A DNA stretch of 63,893 nucleotides, counting the filler, from Kipferlia bialata (lineage: Eukaryota): assembly GCA_003568945.1 (NCBI GenBank). It is 3 parts of 3 records of this genome, joined end to end, with 100 filler letters (N's around TTAATTAATTAA, not from the genome) between each part and the next. Parts side by side here need not be neighbours in the genome. Positions count along the whole stretch, not along the records: positions 58,872 to 63,893 come from BDIP01000174.1; 2 more parts are not named here. One strand, written 5' to 3'. The position numbers were made by a program, and so were the translations under genes. The notes beneath the pieces are model-generated. The model did not search any database. It was not told the DNA's origin and saw only the letters and a list, made by a program, of their open reading frames with translations. Shown piece after piece: positions 63,751 to 63,893 of the stretch (position 1 is the first letter of the stretch; each line of letters starts with the position of its first letter).

Positions 63751-63893
63751 GGGGAGGGGGGGAGTAGAGAGAGAGAGAGGGAATGGGAAGGAATCCTGGG
63801 AGTGAGTCTAAACATTGTTGGGAGAGAATGGAAGGGGGGGGGGGGGGGATGTGGCACATGTGGGAGAGTATGATCATGATGTATGATCAATCT

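Noticed and set aside
1..63893. Most short ORFs in the six-frame track (YIYIY, ERERER, LSLSL types and antisense ORFs)
   Set aside because: They are translations of microsatellites, introns or the antisense strand of real exons.

Overview
Intron-rich eukaryotic (protist) genomic DNA. It is three contigs joined by artificial 100-nt linkers (N44-TTAATTAATTAA-N44 at 29385-29484 and 58772-58871). Short introns with a branch point abutting the acceptor (CTGAC/CTCAC/CTAAC + CCCCAG) and dense (TA)n/(GA)n tracts suggest a free-living fornicate such as Kipferlia; this is inference. Spliced genes read by hand: Fused/STK36 kinase; SAM synthetase; a giant membrane-anchored GH9 glycosidase; a type II membrane protein with phage-tail-fibre-like motifs; a large class III nucleotide cyclase/RGS-like gene; a signal-peptide GBP/atlastin-like GTPase; a DCR2-like metallophosphoesterase disrupted by a hairpin-type insertion; the 3' end of an ABCA transporter; a short-form tRNase Z; and several hypothetical genes. 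A 532-bp hAT MITE is also present. The most striking unexplained signal is a pervasive set of 'exon-edge echoes'. These are 20-65 nt copies of exon ends, including the splice site, repeated 1-4 times inside the adjacent intron and separated by mostly unrelated microsatellite-rich spacers. Their differences from the functional exon are biased to synonymous third codon positions. Gene models are approximate.
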